Origin: Acidobacteriota bacterium
GTDB taxonomy: Bacteria; Acidobacteriota; UBA6911
NCBI GenBank assembly: GCA_050010475.1
Contig: JBEKKY010000011.1
Span: 1-41,000, forward strand
Length of the DNA stretch: 41,000 bases
Direction: 5' to 3'
Part shown: positions 7,216 through 15,758 of the stretch, in pieces
Layout: each line of letters starts with the position of its first letter
Numbering within the stretch: the first letter of the stretch is position 1
Position numbers and translations under genes: made by a program
Notes under the pieces: model-generated
Databases searched by the model: none
Told to the model about the DNA's origin: nothing
Seen by the model: only the letters and a program-made list of their open reading frames with translations

Positions 7216-8353
7216 AGACGTATACGCGGGGCACCCGTGTGTTGATATTGGTCAGGATTTCATAGGGAATCGTTCCGGCCCATTCAGCCAGATCCTCGAC
7301 GGTGATCTTCTCGACACCCGATTCGCCCAACAGGATTACCTCATCTCCGTTATAGGCGGAATCCTGCTCTATATTGACCATCAACTGATCCATGCAGATT
7401 GCGCCGATCTGCCGATATTTGATGCCCCGGATAATAACCTGCGCTTTATTGGACATACTGCGAAAAAAGCCGTCCCCGTAACCGACCGGAACCGTTACGA
7501 CGCGTACGTCGTGGTCGGACCGCCAGGTGGAACCGTAGCTGACTGCATGGCCGGACTTGACCACTTTGAAATAGACAACACGCGATTTCCACGCCAGCGC
7601 CGGTTGAACTTCAATGACACGAGGCGTGGCCGGCGATGGATAAACACCGTACAGCATGATGCCCGGACGCACCATGTCCAGATAGCTTTCCGGGAGTTGG
7701 AGCACTGCTGCCGAATTGGCGATATGGCGCATCGGCATAGGCAGACTGTGGCGTTCGTAAAAGCGCAGCACTTCATGAAAGCGCTCCAGTTGAAGCCGGG
7801 CGTCAGCCAGATCATGGGAATCGGCATTGGCAAAGTGGGAATAGATTCCTTCGACCTCCACATTTGCGCACTTCAGCGCGAACTCCTGAAGAGACTGGGC
7901 GCTGTAATAATGGACGCCAATACGCTCCATGCCTGTATCGATCTTCAGATGAACCTTGGCCTTCACGTTCATCTGACCGGCCGCAGCATTAATCTGCTCC
8001 AACCGTTCCGCCGACGAAGCCGTCAGGGTTAGATCGTGCTCAAGATAACGATGGATCTGCTCGTGCCATATGCCACCGAGAACGATGATCGGGGCCGTAA
8101 TGCCCAATTCGCGCAGGAGGACGCCCTCTTCCAGCACTGCGACGCCGATATAATCCGCCTTCCCGGCCAGGGCCTTCGATACCTCCACCAATCCGTGCCC
8201 ATAGGCATTGGCTTTAACCACCAGCATCACTTTGGCGGGAGCGACTCGACGCCTGATGGCAGCCATGTTGTCTTCCAGGCGCTTCAGGTTCACTTCTACC
8301 CAGGTTGCCCGGACTCCTCCGGCTGTAGCAATTACATCGTGACAGATTTTCAT
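7214..8353 (-). CDS. alr: Alanine racemase
   Basis: 379 aa with the PLP motif VVKANAYGHG and C-terminal domain motifs (VSYG..., PVGYGDG). Confidence 0.93.
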   Translation of the reverse strand: MKICHDVIATAGGVRATWVEVNLKRLEDNMAAIRRRVAPAKVMLVVKANAYGHGLVEVSKALAGKADYIGVAVLEEGVLLRELGITAPIIVLGGIWHEQIHRYLEHDLTLTASSAERLEQINAAAGQMNVKAKVHLKIDTGMERIGVHYYSAQSLQEFALKCANVEVEGIYSHFANADSHDLADARLQLERFHEVLRFYERHSLPMPMRHIANSAAVLQLPESYLDMVRPGIMLYGVYPSPATPRVIEVQPALAWKSRVVYFKVVKSGHAVSYGSTWRSDHDVRVVTVPVGYGDGFFRSMSNKAQVIIRGIKYRQIGAICMDQLMVNIEQDSAYNGDEVILLGESGVEKITVEDLAEWAGTIPYEILTNINTRVPRVYV

Positions 8354-8439
8354 GGGGATTATTCTAACCGAACTATCCGGCCATTGTAATGCCAGTGGAC
8401 AGTCAGTATTCGTATTGTCTTTTAACTGCCCCCTGCATG

Positions 8440-9807
8440 CTAGTTCTGTTCCTGATACAGATTGTCGAACCGGGTGAATTGTTTGCTGAAGGCAAGTTGA
8501 ATCGTTCCTGTCGGGCCGTTCCTTTGTTTGCCGATGATCAGTTCTGCAAGCCCGTTGTTTTCCTCTGTGGGATTGATCATATCCTCGCGATAAATAAAGA
8601 GCACAAGATCGGCATCCTGTTCGATCGAACCGGATTCCCGCAGGTCCGAAAGTTGCGGTCGGCGATGCTCGCCGGTCCTGGATTCAATCGCCCGGCTGAG
8701 CTGCGAGACGGCGATGAGAGGCACGCTGAGCTCTTTGGCGATGCCCTTCAATCCCCGCGATATCTGGGAGATCTCCTGCGTGCGGTTTTCGTAGCGCTGC
8801 GTGGATCCGGACATCAGCTGCAGGTAATCCACAATAAGGAGGTCGAGTCCGTGTTCCAGGCTAAGGCGGCGGGATTTCGAACGAAGTTCCGGGATTGTGA
8901 TGCTGGCGGCGTCGTCGATGAAAATTTTTGTCTCCGACAGATCTCCCGACGCGCGGCTCAAATGATGCCAATCGTCTTTGTTCAGGTATCCTGTGTTGAT
9001 CCGATGAGCGTCAATTCTAGCTTCGCTGCACAGAAGCCGTTTTACCAGCTGCTCCTTGCTCATCTCCAAACTGAAGATCCCGACCGTTTTGTGTTTCCGG
9101 ATCGCGACATACTCGGCGATATTAAGACAAAGGCTCGTTTTCCCCAGGCCCGGTCGCGCGGCAACGATGATGAGATCCGAAGGGTGAATTCCCGAGGTCA
9201 TGCGATCGAGATCCGTAAAACCGGTTTCCAGACCGGTAACCGGAACCTTTCGATTTGAGAGTTCCTCGATCTGTTTGAAAACGTCGCTGACAACAGGTGA
9301 GATGGAAGAAAAGCCCGAGCGGAACTGCTGGCTGGCGATATCGAAAATTGACTTTTCGATTTGCTGAAGGATTTCCTGCGCTGGCTCCTCGTCCTGGTAG
9401 CTGCGGGCCATGATTTCGTTCGAGATCTGGATCAGGCGGCGCAGCGTCGATTTCTCTTTAACGATCTCGGCGTAATACTCGATGTTCAAGGCGCGCGGCA
9501 AGCCATCCGTCAGGCTTGCCAGGTAGGCAGCGCCTCCGACGCTCTCGAGTTCATTCGCGCGCTGAAGCTCATCTTTGAGCGTGACCAGGTCTATTGGCCG
9601 CGAGGCATTCATCAGCAAGATCATTTTCTCGAAAATCCGCCGGTGGCCGTCCAGGTAAAAATCCTGAGGTTTCAGCGTTTCGAAGACCGTAAAGACGGCT
9701 TTGTCGTCGAGCAGGATTGCCCCGAGTATCGAGCGTTCCGCTTCGAGGTTGCTGGGCAGGGTTTTTTCAAGACTAATGTCAGGTCGTACTTTTGGTGTTG
9801 ATGCCAT
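8440..9807 (-). CDS. dnaB: Replicative DNA helicase DnaB
   Basis: 455 aa. An N-terminal DnaB domain (PSNLEAERSILGAILLD) is followed by a RecA-like domain with Walker A AARPGLGKTS and Walker B LLIVDYLQLM. Confidence 0.95.
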   Translation of the reverse strand: MASTPKVRPDISLEKTLPSNLEAERSILGAILLDDKAVFTVFETLKPQDFYLDGHRRIFEKMILLMNASRPIDLVTLKDELQRANELESVGGAAYLASLTDGLPRALNIEYYAEIVKEKSTLRRLIQISNEIMARSYQDEEPAQEILQQIEKSIFDIASQQFRSGFSSISPVVSDVFKQIEELSNRKVPVTGLETGFTDLDRMTSGIHPSDLIIVAARPGLGKTSLCLNIAEYVAIRKHKTVGIFSLEMSKEQLVKRLLCSEARIDAHRINTGYLNKDDWHHLSRASGDLSETKIFIDDAASITIPELRSKSRRLSLEHGLDLLIVDYLQLMSGSTQRYENRTQEISQISRGLKGIAKELSVPLIAVSQLSRAIESRTGEHRRPQLSDLRESGSIEQDADLVLFIYREDMINPTEENNGLAELIIGKQRNGPTGTIQLAFSKQFTRFDNLYQEQN

Positions 9808-9809
9808 TT

Positions 9810-9880
9810 CAATTGACGATTGCCGATTTGAACTGCCGTACGATAATAATACTCATTCTAAAATCGTCAATCGTTAATTG
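9810..9880. repeat. Hairpin with GACGATT/GCCGATT-type arms abutting the dnaB start codon
   Basis: CAATTGACGATTGCCGATTTG (9810-9830) pairs with AAAATCGTCAATCGTTAATTG (9860-9880), about 18 of 21 positions. The loop is 29 nt. The left arm starts 3 nt from the dnaB ATG (9805-9807, minus strand). Confidence 0.75.
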
Positions 9881-10039
9881 AGTCAGAATGTATCCGCCCG
9901 GTTTCAAGCTGGGGAAACAATCGCTGCCAGGAAAACGAGGCCTCAAACCAACTCATTGATAGACCATATTGGAATGGTTTGAATTGGGATAAACTTGGCC
10001 TGACACCCTATTTTCATTATCAGATTTGGAGAAAGGTTC

Positions 10040-10612
10040 GTGACTCCTATGGCGGTCTATCTATTTCCGGCAATGTGGTTGGCTTTTTGGCTCTATTGGT
10101 GCTCCATGTCGCGACAGGTCAAGGCGAATGAGCGACGCGAGTCTTTGCCTTCGCGCCTGGTGCGCATGATCGTAATTGTCTGCGCGGCGATGCTTCTCTT
10201 CTTGCCTAAGGTTCCGCTTCCTTTGCTTGGGGATCGATTTCTACCACATGGCGCCTGGTGCTTCTGGATGGGCGCGGCCATTACCGCGATTGGGCTGCTC
10301 TTTGCCGTTTGGGCACGCCGACATCTGGGGGGCAATTGGAGCCAATCCGTCACTGTCAAATCAGGTCACGAACTCATTACCAGCGGCCCCTATGCCCTGG
10401 TCCGTCACCCGATTTATACCGGGTTTCTCCTAGGGTTTGCCGGTTCCGCCCTGGCGCGAGGCGAATGGCGGGGACTGCTTGCGGTAATCCTGCTCTTTAG
10501 CGTGCTGTGGCATAAGCTCAAGCTTGAGGAAAAGTGGATGAGCGCCCATTTTGGCGTATCGTATGAATCTTACGCCCGGAGGGTTTCCGCATTACTGCCA
10601 TACCTCTTCTAA
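10040..10612 (+). CDS. ICMT/PEMT-family membrane methyltransferase
   Basis: 190 aa and polytopic. The C-terminal motif LITSGPYALVRHPIYTG...EE is typical of isoprenylcysteine carboxyl / phospholipid methyltransferase family proteins. GTG start at 10040, with an ATG alternative at 10049. Confidence 0.8.
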   Translation: MTPMAVYLFPAMWLAFWLYWCSMSRQVKANERRESLPSRLVRMIVIVCAAMLLFLPKVPLPLLGDRFLPHGAWCFWMGAAITAIGLLFAVWARRHLGGNWSQSVTVKSGHELITSGPYALVRHPIYTGFLLGFAGSALARGEWRGLLAVILLFSVLWHKLKLEEKWMSAHFGVSYESYARRVSALLPYLF

Positions 10613-10879
10613 AACAACCCGCGAACTGAGATTGCCCGTCTGACTTCTATCATTATCAGGTGAGCAGATCGTTCAGCCTGATAAGAAACCCCACAGTTTC
10701 GATATGCACAAGGATGATGAATCCCTTGCGAATACGCGTGCCTAAAGGGGCCGCCGGAATAATCAGCGCGAGAAAAATGATCGGGGAATAGCCTTGTCTG
10801 GCGAGTGCTGGAAGCGCCGTCCCTGTAAACATGAAGGCAAATGGAAGCACACTTCCAGGAGGAGTCGGACGAGACTACC

Positions 10880-10918
10880 GATTGCCGATTGACTCGTTCA
10901 AATCGTCAATCGGCAATC
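10880..10918. terminator. 14-bp perfect hairpin just 3' of rplI
   Basis: GATTGCCGATTGAC (10880-10893) pairs with GTCAATCGGCAATC (10905-10918). The loop is 11 nt. The arms are GCCGATT-type tandem units. There is no clear U-tract on the minus strand. Confidence 0.55.
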
Positions 10919-10930
10919 AGCAATCATCAA

Positions 10931-11395
10931 TTAGGTCGTTTCTTCAGGTTCAGGTTCAGCTTCTACAATGACCTTGATCGGGACGGTGACGTCGCGGTGC
11001 AGACGGATGGGCACCTGGTATTCACCGATAGTCTTGATCGGTTCTTCCAGCTGGATCTTGCGCTTATCGATGTCGATTTTATGAGTGACGAGGAAATCCG
11101 CGATATCCAGAGCCGTTACGGAGCCATAGAGGGAGCCGCCTTCGCCGGACTTCCGCCGAATCGTCACCGCGAACTTCACAATCTCTTTGGCCAAAAGCGC
11201 GGCAGCTTCTTTTTCGCGGTGATCCCGTCGCGCCTGCGCGACTTTTTCCATTTCGGCAATCTTGACGTTTCCGGGGGTGGCTTCCATCGCGAATTTTCCC
11301 GGGACCAGGTAATTGCGCCCGTAACCGGGGGCCACCTTCACAACGTCACCAGCTTTGCCCAGTTTTTCAACATCCTGCTTTAAAATGACCTTCAT
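10931..11395 (-). CDS. rplI: 50S ribosomal protein L9
   Basis: MKVILKQDVEKLGKAGDVVKVAPGYGRNYLVP N-terminus; 154 aa; follows rpsR. Confidence 0.95.
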   Translation of the reverse strand: MKVILKQDVEKLGKAGDVVKVAPGYGRNYLVPGKFAMEATPGNVKIAEMEKVAQARRDHREKEAAALLAKEIVKFAVTIRRKSGEGGSLYGSVTALDIADFLVTHKIDIDKRKIQLEEPIKTIGEYQVPIRLHRDVTVPIKVIVEAEPEPEETT

Positions 11396-11419
11396 GTTTC
11401 ACCCTTTGAAGAAAATGTC

Positions 11420-11653
11420 TCAATCCGCGACGAATGGAAGGATGGCCAGATGCCTGGCACGTTTAATGGCTTCCGCAAGCAAACGCTGATGCGTAGAGCA
11501 GACTCCACTGATTCTCCTGGGCAGTATCTTTCCCCTTTCGGGGATGAAATGGCCGAGGAGCTTTCCATCCTTAAAATCGATATAGGTGATCTTCTCCGCG
11601 CAGAATTTGCATACTCGTTTGCGCCGAATGCTGAACCTTCTTGGACCTGGCAT
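11420..11653 (-). CDS. rpsR: 30S ribosomal protein S18
   Basis: 77 aa. CKFC ... IDFKD ... [30 protein letters not shown] is the conserved S18 core. Confidence 0.95.
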   Translation of the reverse strand: MPGPRRFSIRRKRVCKFCAEKITYIDFKDGKLLGHFIPERGKILPRRISGVCSTHQRLLAEAIKRARHLAILPFVAD

Positions 11654-11683
11654 AATTTAGCCTTTCTCCCTGATGATAAATGC

Positions 11684-12100
11684 TTACAAATCTGATGGGG
11701 TTGCCTGTTCCGGCCCCACGCCCGTCAAAGGCTCGGGAAAATTGGAAATTTCCGGTTCGGGCTTGGCGCTCTTCTTGCGCCTGGCGGCCTTGATCTTTTC
11801 AGAGCGTTTGACGTCTTCGTCAATTCGGACCGAAATAAACCGGATGATATAGTCGGTTACCCTGAAACGCCGTTCGAGTTCCGCGATCGCGCTGCCGTCT
11901 CCCTCGATCGAAAGGACTACGTAGTACGCCTCACGAAATTTTTTGATTTTGTAGGCCAGGGATTTCTTCCCCCAGTTGTCGACTTTGACCACTTTGCCGT
12001 TTTTGCCCTCAACCACGGTCTGGATGTGGTTGATAAAGCCGTCCAGCTCCTCGCTGGTTAAAGTGGGAGCGGCAACGAAAACCACTTCGTAATTTCTCAC
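11684..12100 (-). CDS. rpsF: 30S ribosomal protein S6 (with charged C-terminal tail)
   Basis: MRNYEVVFV... N-terminus plus WGKKSLAYKIKK. It lies directly upstream of rpsR. No ssb/priB gene sits between them. Confidence 0.95.
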   Translation of the reverse strand: MRNYEVVFVAAPTLTSEELDGFINHIQTVVEGKNGKVVKVDNWGKKSLAYKIKKFREAYYVVLSIEGDGSAIAELERRFRVTDYIIRFISVRIDEDVKRSEKIKAARRKKSAKPEPEISNFPEPLTGVGPEQATPSDL

Positions 12101-12112
12101 GGTCTTCTCCTG

Positions 12113-12688
12113 TCATGCGTTAAAAATCGCCATTGTCTTGGAAATGCCATCCATGAGTATGGATTTGACTGCATTCCCGGCTTTCATAATCGTTTCATTC
12201 AGCTCCGCCTGTCTCCCCGGCGGGAAATCGGATAAAACGAAATCCGATTTGTCTTCGGGAATCTGATCTTCGCCGATTCCAATCCGAAGCCGCACGATCT
12301 CTTCCGTGCTCAACGTGCTCAAGATCGATTCAAGCCCATGGTGTCCGCCGGCCGATCCGCGTTCTCTTATCCGTATCCGGCCGAACGGCAGGTTCAAGTC
12401 ATCGAAAATCAGCAGAAGATCCTGCGGGCCCCGCTGAAGGGCTGCAAGCAGGACTCGAACAGCCTTGCCGCTGTTGTTCATATACGTCAGCGGCTCGACG
12501 AGAAGCACGGGACATCTGCTGATTTCGACCCGGCACGTTCGCGAAAGCATGTCGGGCGACCATTTGCCCGATGTTTCCCGGGCAAGGGCATCGAGAACCA
12601 TAAATCCAATGTTGTGCCGATTCCGTTCATATTGTTTGCCCGGATTCCCCAGCCCGACAATGACTTTGGTTCGTGCTTCCGTAGGCAA
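12113..12688 (-). CDS. pth: Peptidyl-tRNA hydrolase
   Basis: VIVGLGNPGKQYERNRHNIGF motif; 191 aa. It uses a TTG start at 12686-12688, and no in-frame ATG lies upstream of the conserved N-terminus. Confidence 0.93.
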   Translation of the reverse strand: MPTEARTKVIVGLGNPGKQYERNRHNIGFMVLDALARETSGKWSPDMLSRTCRVEISRCPVLLVEPLTYMNNSGKAVRVLLAALQRGPQDLLLIFDDLNLPFGRIRIRERGSAGGHHGLESILSTLSTEEIVRLRIGIGEDQIPEDKSDFVLSDFPPGRQAELNETIMKAGNAVKSILMDGISKTMAIFNA

Positions 12689-12698
12689 CCTTTTTTAA

Positions 12699-12753
12699 CC
12701 ACGAAACACACGAAATACACGAAAAAGCAAAGTCCCTTTCGCGTGTTTCCTGG
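12699..12753. repeat. Imperfect hairpin (CACGAAA-type units) between rplY and pth
   Basis: CCACGAAACACACGAAA (12699-12715) pairs with TTTCGCGTGTTTCCTGG (12737-12753), 15 of 17 positions. The loop is 21 nt. Confidence 0.7.
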
Positions 12754-12775
12754 CTAAAGTTTTTCATTCCATTCG

Positions 12776-13465
12776 CTATTTGGACTCAGGCTTTGCAGCC
12801 TTGGATTTTGACTCTTCTTCCGCGCCTTCCTCAACCGCCTTGCCCTTCTTAATCACTTCGGGTTCAGCAGTCTCAGCGGCCGCCGCTTCCACCGGCACCT
12901 CTTCTTCCTTGATCGGAGGAACGATGGTCACAATCACCACTTCCGGATCCGTTAGTATCTTGACTTTGGCATCCGTCTGAATGTTTTTCACGCGGATGTA
13001 GTCGTTGATTTTCAGAGGAGTGACATCGACCTTAATCGAATCCGGAATGTCCGAAGGGAGGCACTCGACTTCGATCGAGCGCGTGACGAAGTCCATGATG
13101 CCTCCGTCAATCTTAACGCCCTCCGCTTCGCCCTTGATTTCAATATTGACGGTAAGCTCGAGCAGGCGGTCCATCGCAATTTCGAGGAAATCAGCGTGGA
13201 TCAGATTTCCGTGGACAGGATCCAATTGGTAGTCCTTTACCATTGCGTTGTTCTGCTCGGAACCGTCCACGCTTAGGCCGAAAATGGTATTTCGACCGCT
13301 TTCGGAATGAAAAATGGCCTTTACCTGGCTCGGGTTGACGGAAATAACCACCGGGGGCTTTCCGGGGCCATATATGACGGCAGGGATTTGCCCCATTTTC
13401 CGGAGCCGCCTATTTGCATTTTTGCCGCCCGGGGTCCGTAATTGAGCCTCAATGACTGTTGGCAT
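12776..13465 (-). CDS. rplY: 50S ribosomal protein L25 / general stress protein Ctc
   Basis: 229 aa. The N-terminus (RTPGGKNANRRLRKMGQIPAVIYG) is typical of the long Ctc form of L25, and the C-terminal tail is acidic and lysine-rich. Confidence 0.93.
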   Translation of the reverse strand: MPTVIEAQLRTPGGKNANRRLRKMGQIPAVIYGPGKPPVVISVNPSQVKAIFHSESGRNTIFGLSVDGSEQNNAMVKDYQLDPVHGNLIHADFLEIAMDRLLELTVNIEIKGEAEGVKIDGGIMDFVTRSIEVECLPSDIPDSIKVDVTPLKINDYIRVKNIQTDAKVKILTDPEVVIVTIVPPIKEEEVPVEAAAAETAEPEVIKKGKAVEEGAEEESKSKAAKPESK

Positions 13466-13501
13466 GAACCCAACTCCTTCCTCGGAGTCCCAAGAAGTCC
13501 C

Positions 13502-13531
13502 GGAGTTTTCGCATCAGCAGGCGAAGACTCC
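13502..13531. repeat. Short hairpin 3' of prs / in the rplY leader
   Basis: GGAGTTTTCGC (13502-13512) pairs with GCGAAGACTCC (13521-13531), 10 of 11 positions. A repeat of the GAAGACTC unit follows at 13539-13546. Confidence 0.55.
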
Positions 13532-13558
13532 GATGTTCGAAGACTCGACTTAATAAAC

Positions 13559-14521
13559 CTAAACAAACAAATTACTAACACTCGTCTCTTCGTGAATACT
13601 CTGGATGGCGGTGCCCAACAAACCCGCCACGCTCAATATTTTCATATTCGGGAGAATCTTGGACTTATCCAGCGGAACCGTATTGGTGAGAACGATCTCC
13701 TCGATGGGAGCCGTATATAGCCTCTCGATCGCCGGCCCGCTCAAAACTCCGTGCGTTGCGCACACAAAAACCCTTTCAGCCTTCTTTTTCCTGAGCGCCG
13801 CGACCGCGTTTACAATGGTTCCCGCGGTATCGATCAAATCATCGCAGATAATCACGTTCCTTCCGGCTACATGGCCGACGATATGCAGAACCTCGGCCTC
13901 GTTGGGCCCGGTACGACGTTTGTCGATGATGGCAAGATCCGCATCGAGACGCTTGCCAAATGCCCGGGCGCGTTCCACGCCCCCCGCATCGGGAGAAACC
14001 AGCGTGAGGTTTGGAATATCCAATCCTTTCAGGTATTCAATCAGCACAGGCATCGCATACAGATGATCAACCGGAATATCGAAGAACCCTTGAATTTGTC
14101 CGGCATGCAAGTCCATCGACAATATTCTGTCGGCTCCCGCTGCCGTCAGCAGATCTGCCACCAGTTTTGATGATATCGGGACGCGCGGCTTGTCCTTCCT
14201 GTCCTGCCTTGCATACCCGTAATAGGGAATTACAGCCGTAATCCTGGTAGCGGAGGAGCGCTTGAACGCGTCAATCATGATCAGCAGCTCCATGATATTG
14301 TTGTTCGCCGGACAGCAGGTAGGCTGAATGATGAATACATCGGTGCCGCGAACGTTTTCCAGTATCTGGCAGTAAAACTCCCCATCGCTGAAACTGGCAA
14401 GGTTGATCTTTCCCAGAGGGATTTTCAGGCACTCGCAGATTTCCTGCGCAAGCGGGACATTGGAATTTCCCGAAAAGATTTTCAATTCTCTATTGACCCG
14501 CTTGTATCCAGTGTTATCCAT
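13559..14521 (-). CDS. prs: Ribose-phosphate pyrophosphokinase
   Basis: 320 aa with DLHAGQIQGFFDIPVDHL and the PRPP-binding loop VIICDDLIDTAGT. RBS is AGGAG. Confidence 0.95.
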   Translation of the reverse strand: MDNTGYKRVNRELKIFSGNSNVPLAQEICECLKIPLGKINLASFSDGEFYCQILENVRGTDVFIIQPTCCPANNNIMELLIMIDAFKRSSATRITAVIPYYGYARQDRKDKPRVPISSKLVADLLTAAGADRILSMDLHAGQIQGFFDIPVDHLYAMPVLIEYLKGLDIPNLTLVSPDAGGVERARAFGKRLDADLAIIDKRRTGPNEAEVLHIVGHVAGRNVIICDDLIDTAGTIVNAVAALRKKKAERVFVCATHGVLSGPAIERLYTAPIEEIVLTNTVPLDKSKILPNMKILSVAGLLGTAIQSIHEETSVSNLFV

Positions 14522-14548
14522 CCGCTCACTCCTGGAGGTGCTGCGAGA

Positions 14549-14623
14549 TGGCTGGGGCGGGAGGATTCGAACCTCCGAATGCAGGTTCCAAAGACCTGTG
14601 TCTTACCGCTTGACGACGCCCCA
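14549..14623 (-). tRNA. tRNA-Gln (anticodon UUG)
   Basis: The reverse complement reads TGGGGCGTCGTCAAGCGGTAAGACACAGGTCTTTGGAACCTGCATTCGGAGGTTCGAATCCTCCCGCCCCAGCCA. Acceptor stem is TGGGGCG/CGCCCCA. The D arm carries AGCGG. Anticodon stem is CAGGT/ACCTG with loop CTTTGGA. T arm is GGAGG-TTCGAAT-CCTCC. The CCA end is encoded. It closely parallels E. coli tRNA-Gln. Confidence 0.93.
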
Positions 14624-14633
14624 GCAATAAAGC

Positions 14634-14702
14634 ATTTACGATTGACGATTTGCGATTGACGATTGTTTCCAATCTAAAATCATCAATCGTAAATCGTAAA
14701 TT
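14634..14702. repeat. Hairpin with ACGATT-type periodic arms between ispE and tRNA-Gln
   Basis: ATTTACGATTGACGATTTGCGATTGACGATTG (14634-14665) pairs with AAATCATCAATCGTAAATCGTAAATT (14677-14702). Pairing is imperfect. Confidence 0.75.
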
Positions 14703-14716
14703 AACAGTGCCGGCGT

Positions 14717-15592
14717 TTACCCGAACATTTGTTGGAAATACTCAGCCCGAGAAAGGGTCTTCGCCGGAAACACTCGCCAGTCCTGCCGTGGTACATCACG
14801 GGAGGCAGCGACTGCTGACTCCTCATCAGAGAAGAATCCGAAGACAGAGGATCCGCTGCCGGACAGCAAGGTCGTTGCAGCGCCCCGCTTTTCCAGGAAA
14901 GCCTTGGCTTCCACGATGGGCGGGTAGGCAGCGAGGATCGAAGCCTCGAAATCGTTAAAGATCCCGGTCAGGGAGCCGTTTACGGCTTGCATCTGACCGA
15001 TAAAATGTTGAATTTTAAGGTCCTCGGCAGAGGAAGTCAACCCCAAATTCAGCGACCGATACGCCTCGGCCGTTGAAACGTGAACCCCTGGAAAAACCAC
15101 AACCAGGCGGTTCGGAGGAACATCGGGGAGAGGTTCAATTTTTTCCCCCCTCCCGGTCCCAAGCGCAGTTCCTCCGTTCAGGAAGAAAGGAACATCGGAG
15201 CCAAGTTCTTCGGCTAGCGAGAAGAGGTCGGAATCAGCGGCATCGAGGTTCCAGAAACGCCGCAGGCCAAGCAGCGCAGCCGCCGCGTTGCTGCTCCCCC
15301 CGCCCAGGCCCGCGCCGGCAGGTATCTTTTTTCGCAGGGTTATGGACGCCCCTTGCTTCACGCCACAGGACGAGGCCAGCCGGCTGGCCGCTTTCCATAC
15401 CAGATTATCTCTTTGATCTATGCCAGGGAGGTTTTCGCAACAAAGTTCAAGCTGCCGGGATGCGCGGAATTCCAGCTCATCACACAAATCGATGGTCTGG
15501 AATACGGTTTGAATATCGTGGTACCCGTCGAGTCGCTGTCCGAGTACCGCCAAGGCAAGATTTATTTTGGCAAACGAACGGATCTTGAGCAT
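14717..15592 (-). CDS. ispE: 4-diphosphocytidyl-2-C-methyl-D-erythritol kinase
   Basis: N-terminus FAKINLALAVLGQRLDGYHDIQTVFQTIDLCDELEF and GHMP kinase loop PAGAGLGGGSSNAAA; 291 aa. The ispE - tRNA-Gln - prs - ctc - pth order is a known conserved arrangement. Confidence 0.93.
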   Translation of the reverse strand: MLKIRSFAKINLALAVLGQRLDGYHDIQTVFQTIDLCDELEFRASRQLELCCENLPGIDQRDNLVWKAASRLASSCGVKQGASITLRKKIPAGAGLGGGSSNAAAALLGLRRFWNLDAADSDLFSLAEELGSDVPFFLNGGTALGTGRGEKIEPLPDVPPNRLVVVFPGVHVSTAEAYRSLNLGLTSSAEDLKIQHFIGQMQAVNGSLTGIFNDFEASILAAYPPIVEAKAFLEKRGAATTLLSGSGSSVFGFFSDEESAVAASRDVPRQDWRVFPAKTLSRAEYFQQMFG

Positions 15593-15601
15593 TGACGATT
15601 A

Positions 15602-15657
15602 ACCTGGGAGCGCGGGCGTCCCGCCCGCATGCGGCCGAGACGGCCGCGCTCCCAGGT
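15602..15657. repeat. GC-rich nested palindrome (outer 12-bp stem enclosing two mini-hairpins)
   Basis: The outer stem is ACCTGGGAGCGC (15602-15613) / GCGCTCCCAGGT (15646-15657). It encloses GGGCG-TCC-CGCCC and GGCCG-AGA-CGGCC around a central GCATGC. It lies between the TPR gene end and the ispE start. Confidence 0.8.
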
Positions 15658-15758
15658 GCGAATTAGCTACTTTGCCGATTTCTGTTTTCGAATGGTCTGC
15701 TGCAACAGATCCAGTTTTCGGCGAACCTTCTGGATGTCGTCCTGTTCTGTTCCGATAC

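Noticed and set aside
8389-9258. 289-aa plus-strand ORF antisense to dnaB
   Set aside because: It lies entirely within the well-supported dnaB CDS on the other strand. Its translation is low-information, with no motifs and no RBS. It is a typical shadow ORF.
10656-10850. 64-codon hydrophobic minus-strand ORF between rplI and the ICMT gene
   Set aside because: It has a GTG start without an RBS and no recognisable family. It could be a small two-TM protein or a gene remnant, but the evidence is insufficient to call a CDS. It needs homology or expression data.
14634-14702. Possible CRISPR array suggested by the short direct repeats in this and other intergenic tracts
   Set aside because: The repeat period is only 6-9 nt, with no unique spacers of 25-40 nt. 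The units are arranged as inverted arms, and no cas genes are present. These are not CRISPR arrays.
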